Assembly: GCA_964573615.1 (NCBI GenBank) | Contig: CAZNKD010000009.1 | Span: 37,327-101,326, forward strand | Direction of reading: 5' to 3' | DNA from: an uncultured Desulfobacterales bacterium | GTDB taxonomy: Bacteria; Desulfobacterota; Dissulfuribacteria; Dissulfuribacterales; QOAL01 | Length of the DNA stretch: 64,000 bases | Shown here: piece by piece, positions 37,840 through 47,734 of the stretch | Layout of the letters: every line of letters starts with the position of its first letter | Position numbering within the stretch: position 1 is the first letter of the stretch | Notes under the pieces: generated by a model | Databases searched by the model: none | What the model was told of the DNA's origin: nothing | The model's input: only the letters and a program-made list of their open reading frames with translations | Translations under genes and position numbers: made by a program

Positions 37840-39600
37840 CTACACCTCTATCTCTTCCCACTCCACCATGAACTCGTCCAGCAGCTCTGCAGCCTCCACC
37901 AACAGCCAGCCGGCACTGGTGATCTTGTCTCCCTTGATATAGAGCAGGGTGCGCATCTGGGCCACGGTATCCTCGAAGGCCCTTGGCTCAAGCCCGCTCT
38001 GCCGCTCCGTCTCCTTCCAGTTTATCTGCCCCTTGTCATCCAGGCTCTCCTGGGCGGCAAGCAGCACCTTCAACACCCTTGGCGTGACAGGGAACTCTAT
38101 CCCGTCGGGCACCACAGAGATGGCCCTCTTGCATCTTTCTCCAGCCTCAGTCAGGCGATAGAGGCCGCCAGGGAGCAGATCCACCAGTCCATTTGCCACG
38201 AGCCGTCCAAGGGCTGCGAGCACATCATCTGTCTGATCCTGTGGAAACTGCTCCAGGATGGCAGACTGGAACATGCCCCGCCAGAGGGGAATGGCATGGA
38301 GCACCCTCTTCTGGAGGGAGTCCACCAGGGGCAGCCTCATGATGCTGCTTGCCATCTCGGCAAAGAGCCTGCCGCTCTTCGTGGGATAGCCCTTTCCAAT
38401 GAGTCCCTCTGCCTCTGCCTCCTTTATCCAGAGATCGGAGGGCGACAGGTTCTCCATCCTGGTGGTGGTAATGGCCATGACGGCCCGGGCAGATACGGGC
38501 TTTAGGCCCTTTTCCTTCCTGTCTCTCAGCACTGCCCTTCCAAGATCGGTGAGATCATAGGCATATATGCCACCTTCGAGGCAGACATCGTCTATGAGGC
38601 GAAAGGCCTCCAAGGTATAGACGGCCCTGCTGAACTCTTCCTTGCCACCCGGGCCTTCTTCCTCCAGGTGTCTCCTGAGCTGTTTGTAGTCAGGATATAT
38701 CTCCGGGTTGTCCCGGTACTTGCCCCACAGCTCCTCTATGGCCTCCAGGACCTTTAATTCCCAGGACGACAGGTTCACAGACGGATTCACCTCGACCGGG
38801 CCGAGATAGAGGAGTCTTGCCGCCGCCCTGAATGACCTTCCTGCCGGCAGTAGTGAACCGTCTGCATCCATGAGTCCATAGGCTGCCAGCTGCTGCCTCA
38901 GCTCATCCGACAGATCCTCCCTGAGAAGCCCCATCAGTATCTCGTCCGTGATGGTGGATACCGGGGTTGCCCCCTTCAGAAGGCCTGCCCGGATCTGCTG
39001 GCCAGGACCTGTAAGGCAGTAGGAGTTGCCATAGGGCAGCGAGAAGGTGAGCAGCCTCATGGCCTCCAGTTCATATATCTCCTCCCTGTCGAAGGGGATA
39101 AGGGCCTTGGCCCCTGGCCCAGGAGGGCAAGAGCGGAGCTTTTCAGCCAAGGCCGGGCTGATGTCTATCCGGGGCAAGGCCAGGTTGTAGGCCGTCAGGA
39201 TCGATTCGGCCACACCCTTCAGCCTGCCGTCCTGGCAAAATCCCCTTCTTTCCAGCTCTTTTTCGATCTCAGGCGCTGCGCTCACATCACCCTGGGCGAT
39301 CCTTGCCACCTCTATCATGGATATCACTTCAGAGCCTATGAACTTGAAATTCTCATCCCAATCGGAGCAGCTCCCTGTGGAGGACTGGCACTCCTGGAGC
39401 GCCTCTGCGATCAGATGTCCCGCCCTTGTGAGCTCGAACTTGCCATCGTCTTCCTGCACGAGCCCTGCAAGATCGAGATGGGCAAGATAGCTTAGATCCT
39501 CGTCGCTCAAATGGTCCAGGATCTTGTCGAGTGGTGCACCATCTTTCCACTTCTGGTTCAGGTTCAGGATCAACTCCGCATGTTTCCGGGTTACTATCAT
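37840..39600 (-). CDS. Uncharacterised 586-aa protein composed of about 8 winged-helix-like repeats
   Basis: A long ORF with GAGGTG 9 nt upstream of the ATG. The signature [YL]xLTxxGxx-hydrophobic recurs throughout (see finding). Confidence 0.8.
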   Translation of the reverse strand: MIVTRKHAELILNLNQKWKDGAPLDKILDHLSDEDLSYLAHLDLAGLVQEDDGKFELTRAGHLIAEALQECQSSTGSCSDWDENFKFIGSEVISMIEVARIAQGDVSAAPEIEKELERRGFCQDGRLKGVAESILTAYNLALPRIDISPALAEKLRSCPPGPGAKALIPFDREEIYELEAMRLLTFSLPYGNSYCLTGPGQQIRAGLLKGATPVSTITDEILMGLLREDLSDELRQQLAAYGLMDADGSLLPAGRSFRAAARLLYLGPVEVNPSVNLSSWELKVLEAIEELWGKYRDNPEIYPDYKQLRRHLEEEGPGGKEEFSRAVYTLEAFRLIDDVCLEGGIYAYDLTDLGRAVLRDRKEKGLKPVSARAVMAITTTRMENLSPSDLWIKEAEAEGLIGKGYPTKSGRLFAEMASSIMRLPLVDSLQKRVLHAIPLWRGMFQSAILEQFPQDQTDDVLAALGRLVANGLVDLLPGGLYRLTEAGERCKRAISVVPDGIEFPVTPRVLKVLLAAQESLDDKGQINWKETERQSGLEPRAFEDTVAQMRTLLYIKGDKITSAGWLLVEAAELLDEFMVEWEEIEV

Positions 39601-39944
39601 CGCTATTTCACCTCACTGGTTTGAATTGTTTGATACCGCTTTTTTGTGATAGATCTCGCTCGGGATGGATGTTGCCAAAACCAGGCATCCTCTCCTCTGG
39701 AGAGAAAAATAAGCACAGCCAAACCAAAGTCCAGCCTGGCCGGCACGATTTACGGCATCGGCCTTGTTGTTCGACGCATCTTTCCGCCTCTTTCGTACGG
39801 GCCGTCCCTCTCGTATGGCGATATGGATGCGATTTTGTTATAACATGCAGGGCCTAGCTAGGCCTTGGTTCGTCACAAAAATCATGAAAGGCCGGGGTGC
39901 AACAGGTGAGTCAGAAAGGGGAGCCAGGCAGGGCAGAACCAGAC

Positions 39945-40787
39945 ATGAAAGGGAACGACACGGAAAACCGGTCGGACAGAGAGGGCTGTTTCGAGCTCTG
40001 TTCGGAGCTGATAGCGATCATACGTAGGCTGAGGGCGCCCGATGGCTGCCCGTGGGATCGGGAGCAGACCCCCCAGAGCGTGAGAAAGTATATCCTTGAA
40101 GAGGCCTACGAGCTGTCAGAGGCCATATCCCAGGAGGATTCCGGGGAGGTCATGGAGGAGCTTGGCGACCTGATCTTCCTTCTCCTCTTTGTGGCAGAGC
40201 TCTACCAGGAGGACGGACTCTTCTCCCTGCCGGATGCCTTGAGATCCATAAAGGAGAAGATGATAAGGCGTCATCCGCACATATTTGGGGACGTGAAGGT
40301 TGACGGCACGGCTGACGTGGTTGCCAACTGGCAGGCCATAAAGAGCCAGGAGGCAAAGAAAAAGGGGAGGAAAAAGGGGGTTCTCGGAGACCTGCCGAAG
40401 GCCCTTCCGGCCCTTCAGCGCGCCTTCCGGCTCGGAGAGCGCGCCTCGCGGATAGGGTTCGACTGGCATGGACACGAGGCCGTCTGGGAGAAGTTCAGGG
40501 AGGAGGAGCAGGAGCTGAGGCAGGCCATCTCTGCCGGAGACAAGGAGGCCATCTTTGAGGAGATGGGAGACCTCCTCTTTACCCTTTCGAATCTGGCAAG
40601 GAAACTCGATATCAATCCGGAGGAGGCCCTCCGCGCTGCAAACAGCAAGTTCGAGACGAGATTCAAGGCAATGGAGGAGGAGATCTCGCGTCAGGGCAAG
40701 GATATCCACGACATGGAGCTGGAAGAGCTCGATACCTACTGGGACCTGATAAAGACAGAGAGGCAGGGCCGCCAGGAAGGGGGCTGA
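39945..40787 (+). CDS. mazG: Nucleoside triphosphate pyrophosphohydrolase MazG (tandem MazG domains)
   Basis: CPWDREQT and EEAYEL...ELGDLLF motifs, repeated in the second half. The start is trimmed to the ATG at 39945. Confidence 0.9.
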   Translation: MKGNDTENRSDREGCFELCSELIAIIRRLRAPDGCPWDREQTPQSVRKYILEEAYELSEAISQEDSGEVMEELGDLIFLLLFVAELYQEDGLFSLPDALRSIKEKMIRRHPHIFGDVKVDGTADVVANWQAIKSQEAKKKGRKKGVLGDLPKALPALQRAFRLGERASRIGFDWHGHEAVWEKFREEEQELRQAISAGDKEAIFEEMGDLLFTLSNLARKLDINPEEALRAANSKFETRFKAMEEEISRQGKDIHDMELEELDTYWDLIKTERQGRQEGG

Positions 40788-40808
40788 TCAGGAAAAGGTC
40801 TTGGCAAG

Positions 40809-42719
40809 ATGTCCAGTGTCTATCCCAAGAAGTTCGACATCATCGTGATAGGGGCGGGCCATGCAGGCTGCGAGGCGGCACTTGCAGCCGCCCGGCTCGG
40901 CGCTTCCACCTGCCTGCTCACCATAAATCTCGACTGCATAGCCCAGATGAGCTGCAACCCTGCCATAGGCGGGCTTGCAAAGGGGCACCTGGTAAGGGAG
41001 ATCGACGCCCTTGGGGGCGAGATGGCCCGGAATATAGACGAGACGGGCATCCAGTTCAGGCGATTGAATACCAGCAAGGGGCCTGCTGTGCGTGCCAGGC
41101 GTGCCCAGGCAGACAGGTTGCTTTACCGCCTCCGCATGAAGAGGGTGCTGGAGGCCCAGGAAAATCTCCAGATCGTCCAGGCCATGGCCTCCAGGATCCT
41201 GGTAAAGGGGGACAGGTGCTGCGGCATAGTCACCACAGTGGACCAGGAGATCAGGGCGGATGCCGTCATAGTCACCACGGGCACATTCCTCAAAGGGCTC
41301 ATCCATATCGGGCTCAAGCGCTTTCCTGCAGGACGCATGGGCGATCCGCCATCCAACAAGCTGTCCGAATCCCTGAGGGCCCTCGGTTTCGAGATGGGCA
41401 GGCTTAAGACCGGCACCACCCCAAGGCTTCATGCACGCTCCATAGACTACTCCGGGCTTGAAAGGCAGGATGGAGACGATCCGCCACCGGCATTTTCGAT
41501 AATGACGGACGAGATCACCCTGCCCCAGCTGCCCTGCTACATCACCTACACAAACGAAAGGACCCACCAGATAATAGTCTCCGGCCTCGACCGCTCCCCG
41601 CTATTCACCGGGGTCATCGAGGGCGTGGGGGCCAGGTACTGCCCCTCCATAGAGGACAAGGTCTTCCGGTTCAGGGAAAAGCCCAGGCATCAGATCTTCC
41701 TGGAGCCGGAAGGGCTCGATAGCTCGGAGATCTATCCCAACGGCATTGCCACAAGCCTGCCAGTCGATGTCCAACTCGCCTTCGTAAGGAGTATCAAGGG
41801 CCTTGAGAATGCAGAGATACTGCGGCCTGGCTATGCCATCGAGTATGACTACTGCGACCCGGTCCAGCTCCACCACAGCCTTGAGACCAAGATCGTGGAG
41901 AACCTCTATTTTGCAGGCCAGATAAACGGCACCTCGGGCTATGAAGAGGCAGGCGCCCAGGGGCTCATGGCCGCCATCAATGCCGTGTTGAAACTGAAGA
42001 GGCGCCCCCCTTTGATACTTGACCGCTCCCAGGCCTATATAGGCGTGATGATAGACGATCTCGTCACCAAGGGGACTAAGGAGCCCTACCGGATGTTCAC
42101 ATCCAGGGCTGAATACAGGCTGCTGCTGAGAGAGGACAATGCAGACCTCAGGCTTACGCCCATAGGAAGAGAGATAGGCCTTGTGGGCGAAGAACAGTGG
42201 CGGCGTTTCAATGAAAAGACAAGGAGGCGGCAAGAGGCCCTTGAGCGGCTCCATGCCGTCAAGATCCAGCCTTCAGAAGAGATAAACGGCTGGCTATCCT
42301 CCTTGGGCTCATCTCCGCTCAAGCAGGGGATCAGCCTGTTTGAACTGCTGCGCAGGCCAGAGATAGGGCTTTCTGACATTGCCCGGAGGTTTCCGGAGTT
42401 TTCACGGCTGGATGGGGATACCAGGGAGCTTGTGGAGATAGAGACCAAGTATGCAGGCTATATCAGGAGGCAGGAGGAAGAGGTCAAGAAGTTCAAGAGG
42501 TGGGAGATGGCAAGGCTGCCAGAGGATCTGGACTACAGCCGGATTCCAGGCCTTTCCCGGGAGGTGATCGAAAAACTCGGCAAGATCCGCCCCGAAAGCC
42601 TTGGGCAGGCCTCGAGGATATCCGGCATCACCCCAGCTGCCCTGACGGCCATAAGGATCTATCTCAAAAAACGTCAGCTCTCGAGGGCGCTCACCGGCCA
42701 GAAAGAGGACGATTCTTAG
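40809..42719 (+). CDS. mnmG: tRNA uridine 5-carboxymethylaminomethyl modification enzyme MnmG (GidA)
   Basis: FAD motif VIGAGHAGCEAA and a collinear MnmG pattern over 636 aa. Confidence 0.95.
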   Translation: MSSVYPKKFDIIVIGAGHAGCEAALAAARLGASTCLLTINLDCIAQMSCNPAIGGLAKGHLVREIDALGGEMARNIDETGIQFRRLNTSKGPAVRARRAQADRLLYRLRMKRVLEAQENLQIVQAMASRILVKGDRCCGIVTTVDQEIRADAVIVTTGTFLKGLIHIGLKRFPAGRMGDPPSNKLSESLRALGFEMGRLKTGTTPRLHARSIDYSGLERQDGDDPPPAFSIMTDEITLPQLPCYITYTNERTHQIIVSGLDRSPLFTGVIEGVGARYCPSIEDKVFRFREKPRHQIFLEPEGLDSSEIYPNGIATSLPVDVQLAFVRSIKGLENAEILRPGYAIEYDYCDPVQLHHSLETKIVENLYFAGQINGTSGYEEAGAQGLMAAINAVLKLKRRPPLILDRSQAYIGVMIDDLVTKGTKEPYRMFTSRAEYRLLLREDNADLRLTPIGREIGLVGEEQWRRFNEKTRRRQEALERLHAVKIQPSEEINGWLSSLGSSPLKQGISLFELLRRPEIGLSDIARRFPEFSRLDGDTRELVEIETKYAGYIRRQEEEVKKFKRWEMARLPEDLDYSRIPGLSREVIEKLGKIRPESLGQASRISGITPAALTAIRIYLKKRQLSRALTGQKEDDS

Positions 42720-42730
42720 GAAAGGCGGGC

Positions 42731-43939
42731 TCAAAGGGGCAGGATGACCTTGAAGCACGCCCCGCCAGGGTCTTTTCCTGATGCCTGCTGCCCCCTCCTG
42801 GCAGAGACGAGCTCAAGGCCCCCTCCAAGACGCTCAATAAGGTCTCGGGCCATGAAGAGACCAAGGCCAAGGCCCTCGGACCTGGTGGTGAAAAAGGGCT
42901 CGAATATGCGTGAGCCTACCCCCTCATCTATCCCCTTTCCATCATCGGAGATCAGGATCTCAATCCATCTCTTTCCGGATGAGTCCTCTTTGACAGCGGC
43001 AGTAAAACAGACCCTCTTCGCACCGCTTTCCGGATGCAGGCTGTTTTGTGAGATGAGATAGAGGGCATTTGAGAGTATGGCCGGATCCGTCCTGATGGCA
43101 TCGGCCCCTTCATCCAGTTGCAGGACCTCTGCCCTGCACCCGAGGCCCAGGGCATTCAGGCGCTTTGCACACTCGTTCAGGAGCAGCCTGAGGCAGACCT
43201 CTCTCTTTTGGGGTTGCTGGTTTCGGTAGAAGCTTACGATCTCGTCTATCTCGGAAGCCAGATCCCTTGCCTCGTCATAGATGGACTCGGCCTGGAGCCG
43301 CTCCCGCGTGCCAGGGGCAAGCCTCCTTGCAAGCATCTGGGCCCTGCCAGAGAGGACCGAAAGGGGGGTCTTTATCCTGTGGGCCACCTGGCCGCTCATC
43401 TGGCCCAGGAGGGCAAGCCTCTCCTTCTTCTTGAGCTCCCTTGCCAGATTGAACCCCTCGGTGATGTCGGTGAATATCAGAAGGCGCCTGCCGTCCACCT
43501 CCGCCTGTCTCATATCGAGCACGAGCGGCCCTGCCATCACAGTCCTTGCAGGCGTGCTGCCCTGGCCTTTCTGCCCCCCCTGCTCTCCCTCGGCCATGAG
43601 CCTTTCAAGAAGTTCCGGGCTCTCTTTGAAGAACTCCCTGGCCGCACTATTAAGCTTGGGCCTCTTGCACCCTGGCCCTGGAAGCTCCACAATGCCCAGA
43701 TTGAGGAGCCGGGCCACCTTTTCAAGGGTGTCTGAGGCAACCCTCGCCTCCTTGGCCTTCTCGGTCATGAGGCCAAGCAACAGTGCGTTCTGTCCCTGAT
43801 CTGCCCGGCTGGAAAGGGCCCGCTGTCTCTTGATGTTCCTGATGAGATAGGCGGCTGTTGCCAGCCAGGCAAATAGCAGGACCGATATGGCAATCAAACA
43901 GTTTGGTGACATGATCCTATCCTGATCACTTATCGGCAT
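42731..43939 (-). CDS. Sensor histidine kinase (one N-terminal TM segment, HisKA + HATPase_c), orphan
   Basis: H-box HRIKTPLS, an N/G1 region with DDGKGI, and G2 GLGLGLFMARDL. No response regulator is adjacent. Confidence 0.88.
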   Translation of the reverse strand: MPISDQDRIMSPNCLIAISVLLFAWLATAAYLIRNIKRQRALSSRADQGQNALLLGLMTEKAKEARVASDTLEKVARLLNLGIVELPGPGCKRPKLNSAAREFFKESPELLERLMAEGEQGGQKGQGSTPARTVMAGPLVLDMRQAEVDGRRLLIFTDITEGFNLARELKKKERLALLGQMSGQVAHRIKTPLSVLSGRAQMLARRLAPGTRERLQAESIYDEARDLASEIDEIVSFYRNQQPQKREVCLRLLLNECAKRLNALGLGCRAEVLQLDEGADAIRTDPAILSNALYLISQNSLHPESGAKRVCFTAAVKEDSSGKRWIEILISDDGKGIDEGVGSRIFEPFFTTRSEGLGLGLFMARDLIERLGGGLELVSARRGQQASGKDPGGACFKVILPL

Positions 43940-44152
43940 ATCCGGGCCATTTCCACACGGCCGTTACATGCCTTTTTAGGGGGATGCGGAGAACAAATCC
44001 TTGGAGGGTGATTGCACTGATTTCAAGAAGGGAGTAATTTAGATTGCCTCAAATGCGATCAAAGGTTGAGATCGGCCCGTATCCTACAGAGTCCCTGAAA
44101 ACCGGACAATGGCGACGGGCTTTTGCCGTAAGGGGCGCCGATCCTTCAAAAA

Positions 44153-45052
44153 ATGTCACAATTCGATCTAAAAGAATATATCTCCCGCCAGAAGGCCGTG
44201 GTTGACGCCGCCCTTGACAGGCTCATGCCTGAGGCAAAGGGGCCATCGGCCAAGGTCACCGAGGCCATGCGTTACAGCCTGTCTGCAGGCGGAAAAAGGG
44301 TGCGCCCCATCCTCATGATGGCCGGATGCAAGGCCGTTGGCGGGGTGCCGGAAGAGATCCTGCCAGCTGCTTGCGCCATGGAGTGTGTCCACACCTACTC
44401 CCTGATACATGATGATCTTCCAGCCATGGACGACGATGATCTGAGGCGCGGAAAACCCACCTGTCACGTGGTCTATGGGGAGGCGGTGGCAATCCTGGCT
44501 GGAGACGGGCTCCTTACCTATGCCTTCGAACTGATGACGCATCGGGAGCTGACCGACAAGGTCCCGCCCCACACCCTGCTGAGGGCCATATCCATCTTCT
44601 CACACGCGGCAGGTGTTGCGGGAATGGTGGGGGGGCAAACCGCCGACATCCTGAACGAGGGGAAGGAAGTTGACCCCGAGACCCTGGCCTTCATCCATTC
44701 GTGCAAGACCGGAGCCCTCATCAGGGCCTCAGTGGAGATGGGTGCCCTCCTCGGCGGAGGAGACGAGGGGCAGATCGCTGCACTCAGGGAGTATGGCACG
44801 GCCCTTGGCCTCTGCTTTCAGGTAGTGGACGACCTCCTGGACGTCGTGGGCGACCAGGAGAAGCTGGGAAAACCGGTAGGCTCTGATGAAAAGAACAAGA
44901 AGGCCACCTATCCCGCCCTCTTCGGCATCGAGGAGACGAGACGCAGGGCAGCCGAGCTGCGGGACCAGGCCCTGGCACACCTTTCATCCTTTGGTCAGGA
45001 AGCAGAACCCTTGCGGGCCATAGCAAACTACATAGTAGAGCGAGACAGATAG
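44153..45052 (+). CDS. ispA: Farnesyl/geranyl diphosphate synthase (polyprenyl synthetase)
   Basis: FARM DDLPAMDDDDLRRG and SARM DDLLD. Confidence 0.9.
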   Translation: MSQFDLKEYISRQKAVVDAALDRLMPEAKGPSAKVTEAMRYSLSAGGKRVRPILMMAGCKAVGGVPEEILPAACAMECVHTYSLIHDDLPAMDDDDLRRGKPTCHVVYGEAVAILAGDGLLTYAFELMTHRELTDKVPPHTLLRAISIFSHAAGVAGMVGGQTADILNEGKEVDPETLAFIHSCKTGALIRASVEMGALLGGGDEGQIAALREYGTALGLCFQVVDDLLDVVGDQEKLGKPVGSDEKNKKATYPALFGIEETRRRAAELRDQALAHLSSFGQEAEPLRAIANYIVERDR

Positions 45053-45136
45053 CCCGCAATCGGGCCCCTGGGCAGATAGATGGGGCACCACAGGAAGATC
45101 TTGAAAAAATCCTCAATTAAGGAGATGGATCACTAC

Positions 45137-47080
45137 ATGAGCGATACACTGCTTGAGAAGATAAATGGACCAGAAGACCTCAAGAAACTCGACATAAGGG
45201 AGCTGAACCAGCTCGCCTCCGAGATCAGGAAGACCATAGTGAATACGGTCTCTGAAAAGGGAGGCCACCTTGCGCCGAGTCTTGGTGTGGTGGAGCTCAC
45301 ACTTGCGCTTCACTATGTCTTCCGTTCTCCCTGGGACAAGATAGTCTGGGATGTTGGGCATCAGTGCTATGCCCACAAGCTCATAACCGGACGGAGGGAC
45401 AAATTCCACACCCTGCGCCAGCAGGATGGTATAAGCGGATTCCCCAAACGTGCAGAGAGCGAGCACGATGCACTGGATACAGGCCACAGCAGCACCTCCA
45501 TCTCTGCCGCCCTTGGCATGACCACGGCGGCAAGCCTCAAGGATGAGAACAAGAAGGTGGTTGCCGTTATCGGCGATGGCTCCATGACTGCAGGACTCGC
45601 TTTCGAGGCGCTGAACAATGCCGGACACCTCAGAAAGGATCTCATAGTGATCCTCAATGACAACGAGATGTCCATCTCTCCAAACGTGGGGGCACTATCC
45701 TCTTTTCTGAGCAGAAAACTCACCAGCCGATTTGCCACCAAGGTGAAGAAGGAGATGGAGGGCCTGCTCAAGAGATCCGGATTTGGCGAGAACATCTGGT
45801 CCCTGCTCAAGAAGAGCGAGGACTCCCTTAAAAGCCTCCTGACCCCTGGGATGCTGTTCGAGGCCCTCCAGTTCGAGTATGTGGGCCCCATCCCTGGTCA
45901 TCACATCGAGACCCTCATCGAGACCCTGAACAATGTGAAGGAGATCCCCGGTCCCGTGCTGGTGCATGTCCTAACCAAAAAGGGCAAGGGCTATCCGCCT
46001 GCAGAGAAACATCCGGACAAGTTCCACGGCCTTGGCCCCTTTGACAAGGCCACCGGAAAGCCCAAGAAGCCCTCCAGGCCCGCACCGCCATCATATACCG
46101 AGATCTTTGGAAACACCCTCGTAAGGCTTGCCAGAGAGGATCAGCGCATAGTGGGCATAACGGCGGCCATGCCTGCCGGCACAGGTCTAAAGTATCTGGC
46201 AGAGGCGGTGCCAGAGCGCTTCTTCGATGTTGGAATCGCCGAACAGCACGCGGTGACCTTTGCGGCAGGCCTCGCCCTTGAGGGCATGCGCCCGGTGGTT
46301 GCCATCTATTCCAGCTTCATGCAGCGCGCCTACGACCAGGTAGTGCACGACGTATGCCTGAGCAACCTGCCGGTGGTGTTCGCGATGGACAGGGCCGGGC
46401 TCGTAGGCGACGACGGCCCGACACATCACGGGGTATTCGACGTATCCTTCATGCGGGCCGTTCCAAACATGGTGGTCATGTCTCCCAAGGATGAAAATGA
46501 GCTCCAGCACATGCTCTACACGGCCCTCAGACTCGAAGGCCCTGCTGCCATCCGCTATCCCAGGGGCAGCGGGGTGGGTGTGAGCCTCGATTGGCAGCTG
46601 CAAGAGCTTGAGATCGGAAAGTCAGAGGTCCTTAGAAGGGGAAGAGACCTTGCCATCATCGCCCTTGGACACCTGGTCAATACCGCCCTGGAGGCCGCAG
46701 AGATCCTTGAAAGGGAGGGTATAGATACGGCCGTGGTGAATGCCAGGTTTGCAAAGCCCTTGGACAGGGACACCATCATAGAGATGGCCGAGGAGACAGG
46801 CAGGATCATCACCCTTGAGGAGAATGCCCTCATGGGTGGTTTTGGCTCTGCTGTGCTCGAGGTCCTGAATGAGAGCGGAACCACAGGGGTCACCGTCAAG
46901 AGGCTCGGGCTTCCCGACCGCTTCATAGAGCACGGGGCACAACCTCTTCTCAGAAAGGAGGCAGGTATCGACCTGGACTCGGTGCTTGAAAGCGCAAGGC
47001 GGCTTGTTGGGGATGTCGCAGGAGAGACCCAGCCCCAAGAGGCCGACCCGGCCACCAGGCTCCACAGGCTCAAGCGATAG
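45137..47080 (+). CDS. dxs: 1-deoxy-D-xylulose-5-phosphate synthase
   Basis: [13 protein letters not shown] and the TPP motif GDGSMTAG. The start is trimmed to MSDTLLEKI (AAGGAG upstream). Confidence 0.95.
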   Translation: MSDTLLEKINGPEDLKKLDIRELNQLASEIRKTIVNTVSEKGGHLAPSLGVVELTLALHYVFRSPWDKIVWDVGHQCYAHKLITGRRDKFHTLRQQDGISGFPKRAESEHDALDTGHSSTSISAALGMTTAASLKDENKKVVAVIGDGSMTAGLAFEALNNAGHLRKDLIVILNDNEMSISPNVGALSSFLSRKLTSRFATKVKKEMEGLLKRSGFGENIWSLLKKSEDSLKSLLTPGMLFEALQFEYVGPIPGHHIETLIETLNNVKEIPGPVLVHVLTKKGKGYPPAEKHPDKFHGLGPFDKATGKPKKPSRPAPPSYTEIFGNTLVRLAREDQRIVGITAAMPAGTGLKYLAEAVPERFFDVGIAEQHAVTFAAGLALEGMRPVVAIYSSFMQRAYDQVVHDVCLSNLPVVFAMDRAGLVGDDGPTHHGVFDVSFMRAVPNMVVMSPKDENELQHMLYTALRLEGPAAIRYPRGSGVGVSLDWQLQELEIGKSEVLRRGRDLAIIALGHLVNTALEAAEILEREGIDTAVVNARFAKPLDRDTIIEMAEETGRIITLEENALMGGFGSAVLEVLNESGTTGVTVKRLGLPDRFIEHGAQPLLRKEAGIDLDSVLESARRLVGDVAGETQPQEADPATRLHRLKR

Positions 47081-47134
47081 GAGAAGCGGCCGATCAAGAG
47101 GAGGCCTGCCTTGCTTGCCAGATGCTGCCGGGTC

Positions 47135-47224
47135 AAAGGCCCCCTGTTTTACAGAAACGTCCCTTGGCCGCATAGTCTGCCGCATAGTCTGAAGATGGGC
47201 CATTAAGATGGGCAGGGGGCCTTT
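47135..47224 (+). repeat. 12-bp inverted repeat AAAGGCCCCCTG/CAGGGGGCCTTT enclosing a perfect tandem 12-mer (GCCGCATAGTCT x2, 47167-47190), followed by a T-run. Possible extended dxs terminator.
   Basis: Read directly and anchored on track ORF ends at 47136, 47192 and 47251. Confidence 0.6.
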
Positions 47225-47239
47225 TTCATGAGCCAGGAA

Positions 47240-47258
47240 CAGAAATGTCACATTTCTG
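47240..47258. repeat. Perfect 19-bp palindrome CAGAAATGT-C-ACATTTCTG
   Basis: Read directly from the sequence. Intergenic. Confidence 0.8.
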
Positions 47259-47455
47259 ACGTTTAAAAATCCCCGATACAGAAAAGTTGACGATTATTCC
47301 CAAAACCGATCCCGGGGTCGTAACATCTTCGGGGCTTGCCTGCTCCATCTTGCCCCTTCTTTTGCTGATTTTTTGCTTTTTATTTCAATTAGTTAGCATT
47401 TAATCAGGCCATTTCCCCCAAAATCTTGTATCTTGTTGGGCTTTTTTCGCACATA

Positions 47456-47471
47456 CGGCACGGGGATTGCT
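47456..47471 (+). promoter_or_regulatory. Sigma-54-type -24/-12 promoter candidate (cGGCACGGGGATTGCT)
   Basis: GG and GC dinucleotides separated by exactly 10 nt. Close to the consensus TGGCACG-N4-TTGCW. Coordinates are within about 2 nt. Confidence 0.35.
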
Positions 47472-47573
47472 TTTTTAAAACACAAATACAAATTCTTTTA
47501 TTCAATAGGACCTGAGGAGATTTGAAACAGACAAACCGAGACGGGACACTTTGATGAAAGGATAGTTAATAAG

Positions 47574-47690
47574 ATGCATTGCCTCAAAAATCCCAGCCGC
47601 CCGACCCAGCCTGCCATCTGCAACAACTGCAGGAGAAATTGCGAAAAGGCAGGCAAACGACAGGTGGCGAAGAAAAGAAGACGTAGATAG
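47574..47690 (+). CDS. Candidate 38-aa Cys/Arg-rich small protein (MHCLKNPSRPTQPAICNNCRRNCEKAGKRQVAKKRRRR)
   Basis: Below the track cutoff and about 100 nt downstream of the sigma-54-like element. Third-codon positions are GC-rich like real genes here. The SD is weak (AAAGGA, about 13 nt upstream). Confidence 0.25.
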   Translation: MHCLKNPSRPTQPAICNNCRRNCEKAGKRQVAKKRRRR

Positions 47691-47734
47691 CCTTTCCAAG
47701 GATGCCGGGGAGTTTCCTTTGACTCCTCCCTTAA

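Noticed and set aside
43940-44152. Expected xseB upstream of ispA-dxs (as in the E. coli xseB-ispA-dxs arrangement), or next to xseA
   Set aside because: No ORF of suitable length or sequence exists in the 213-bp gap on the + strand. xseB must lie elsewhere.
47502-47699. 65-aa minus-strand ORF in the dxs-panB gap
   Set aside because: It has a TTG start with a poor SD, and its T-rich third-codon positions are unlike those of real genes here. It is antisense to the better-looking 38-codon + ORF.
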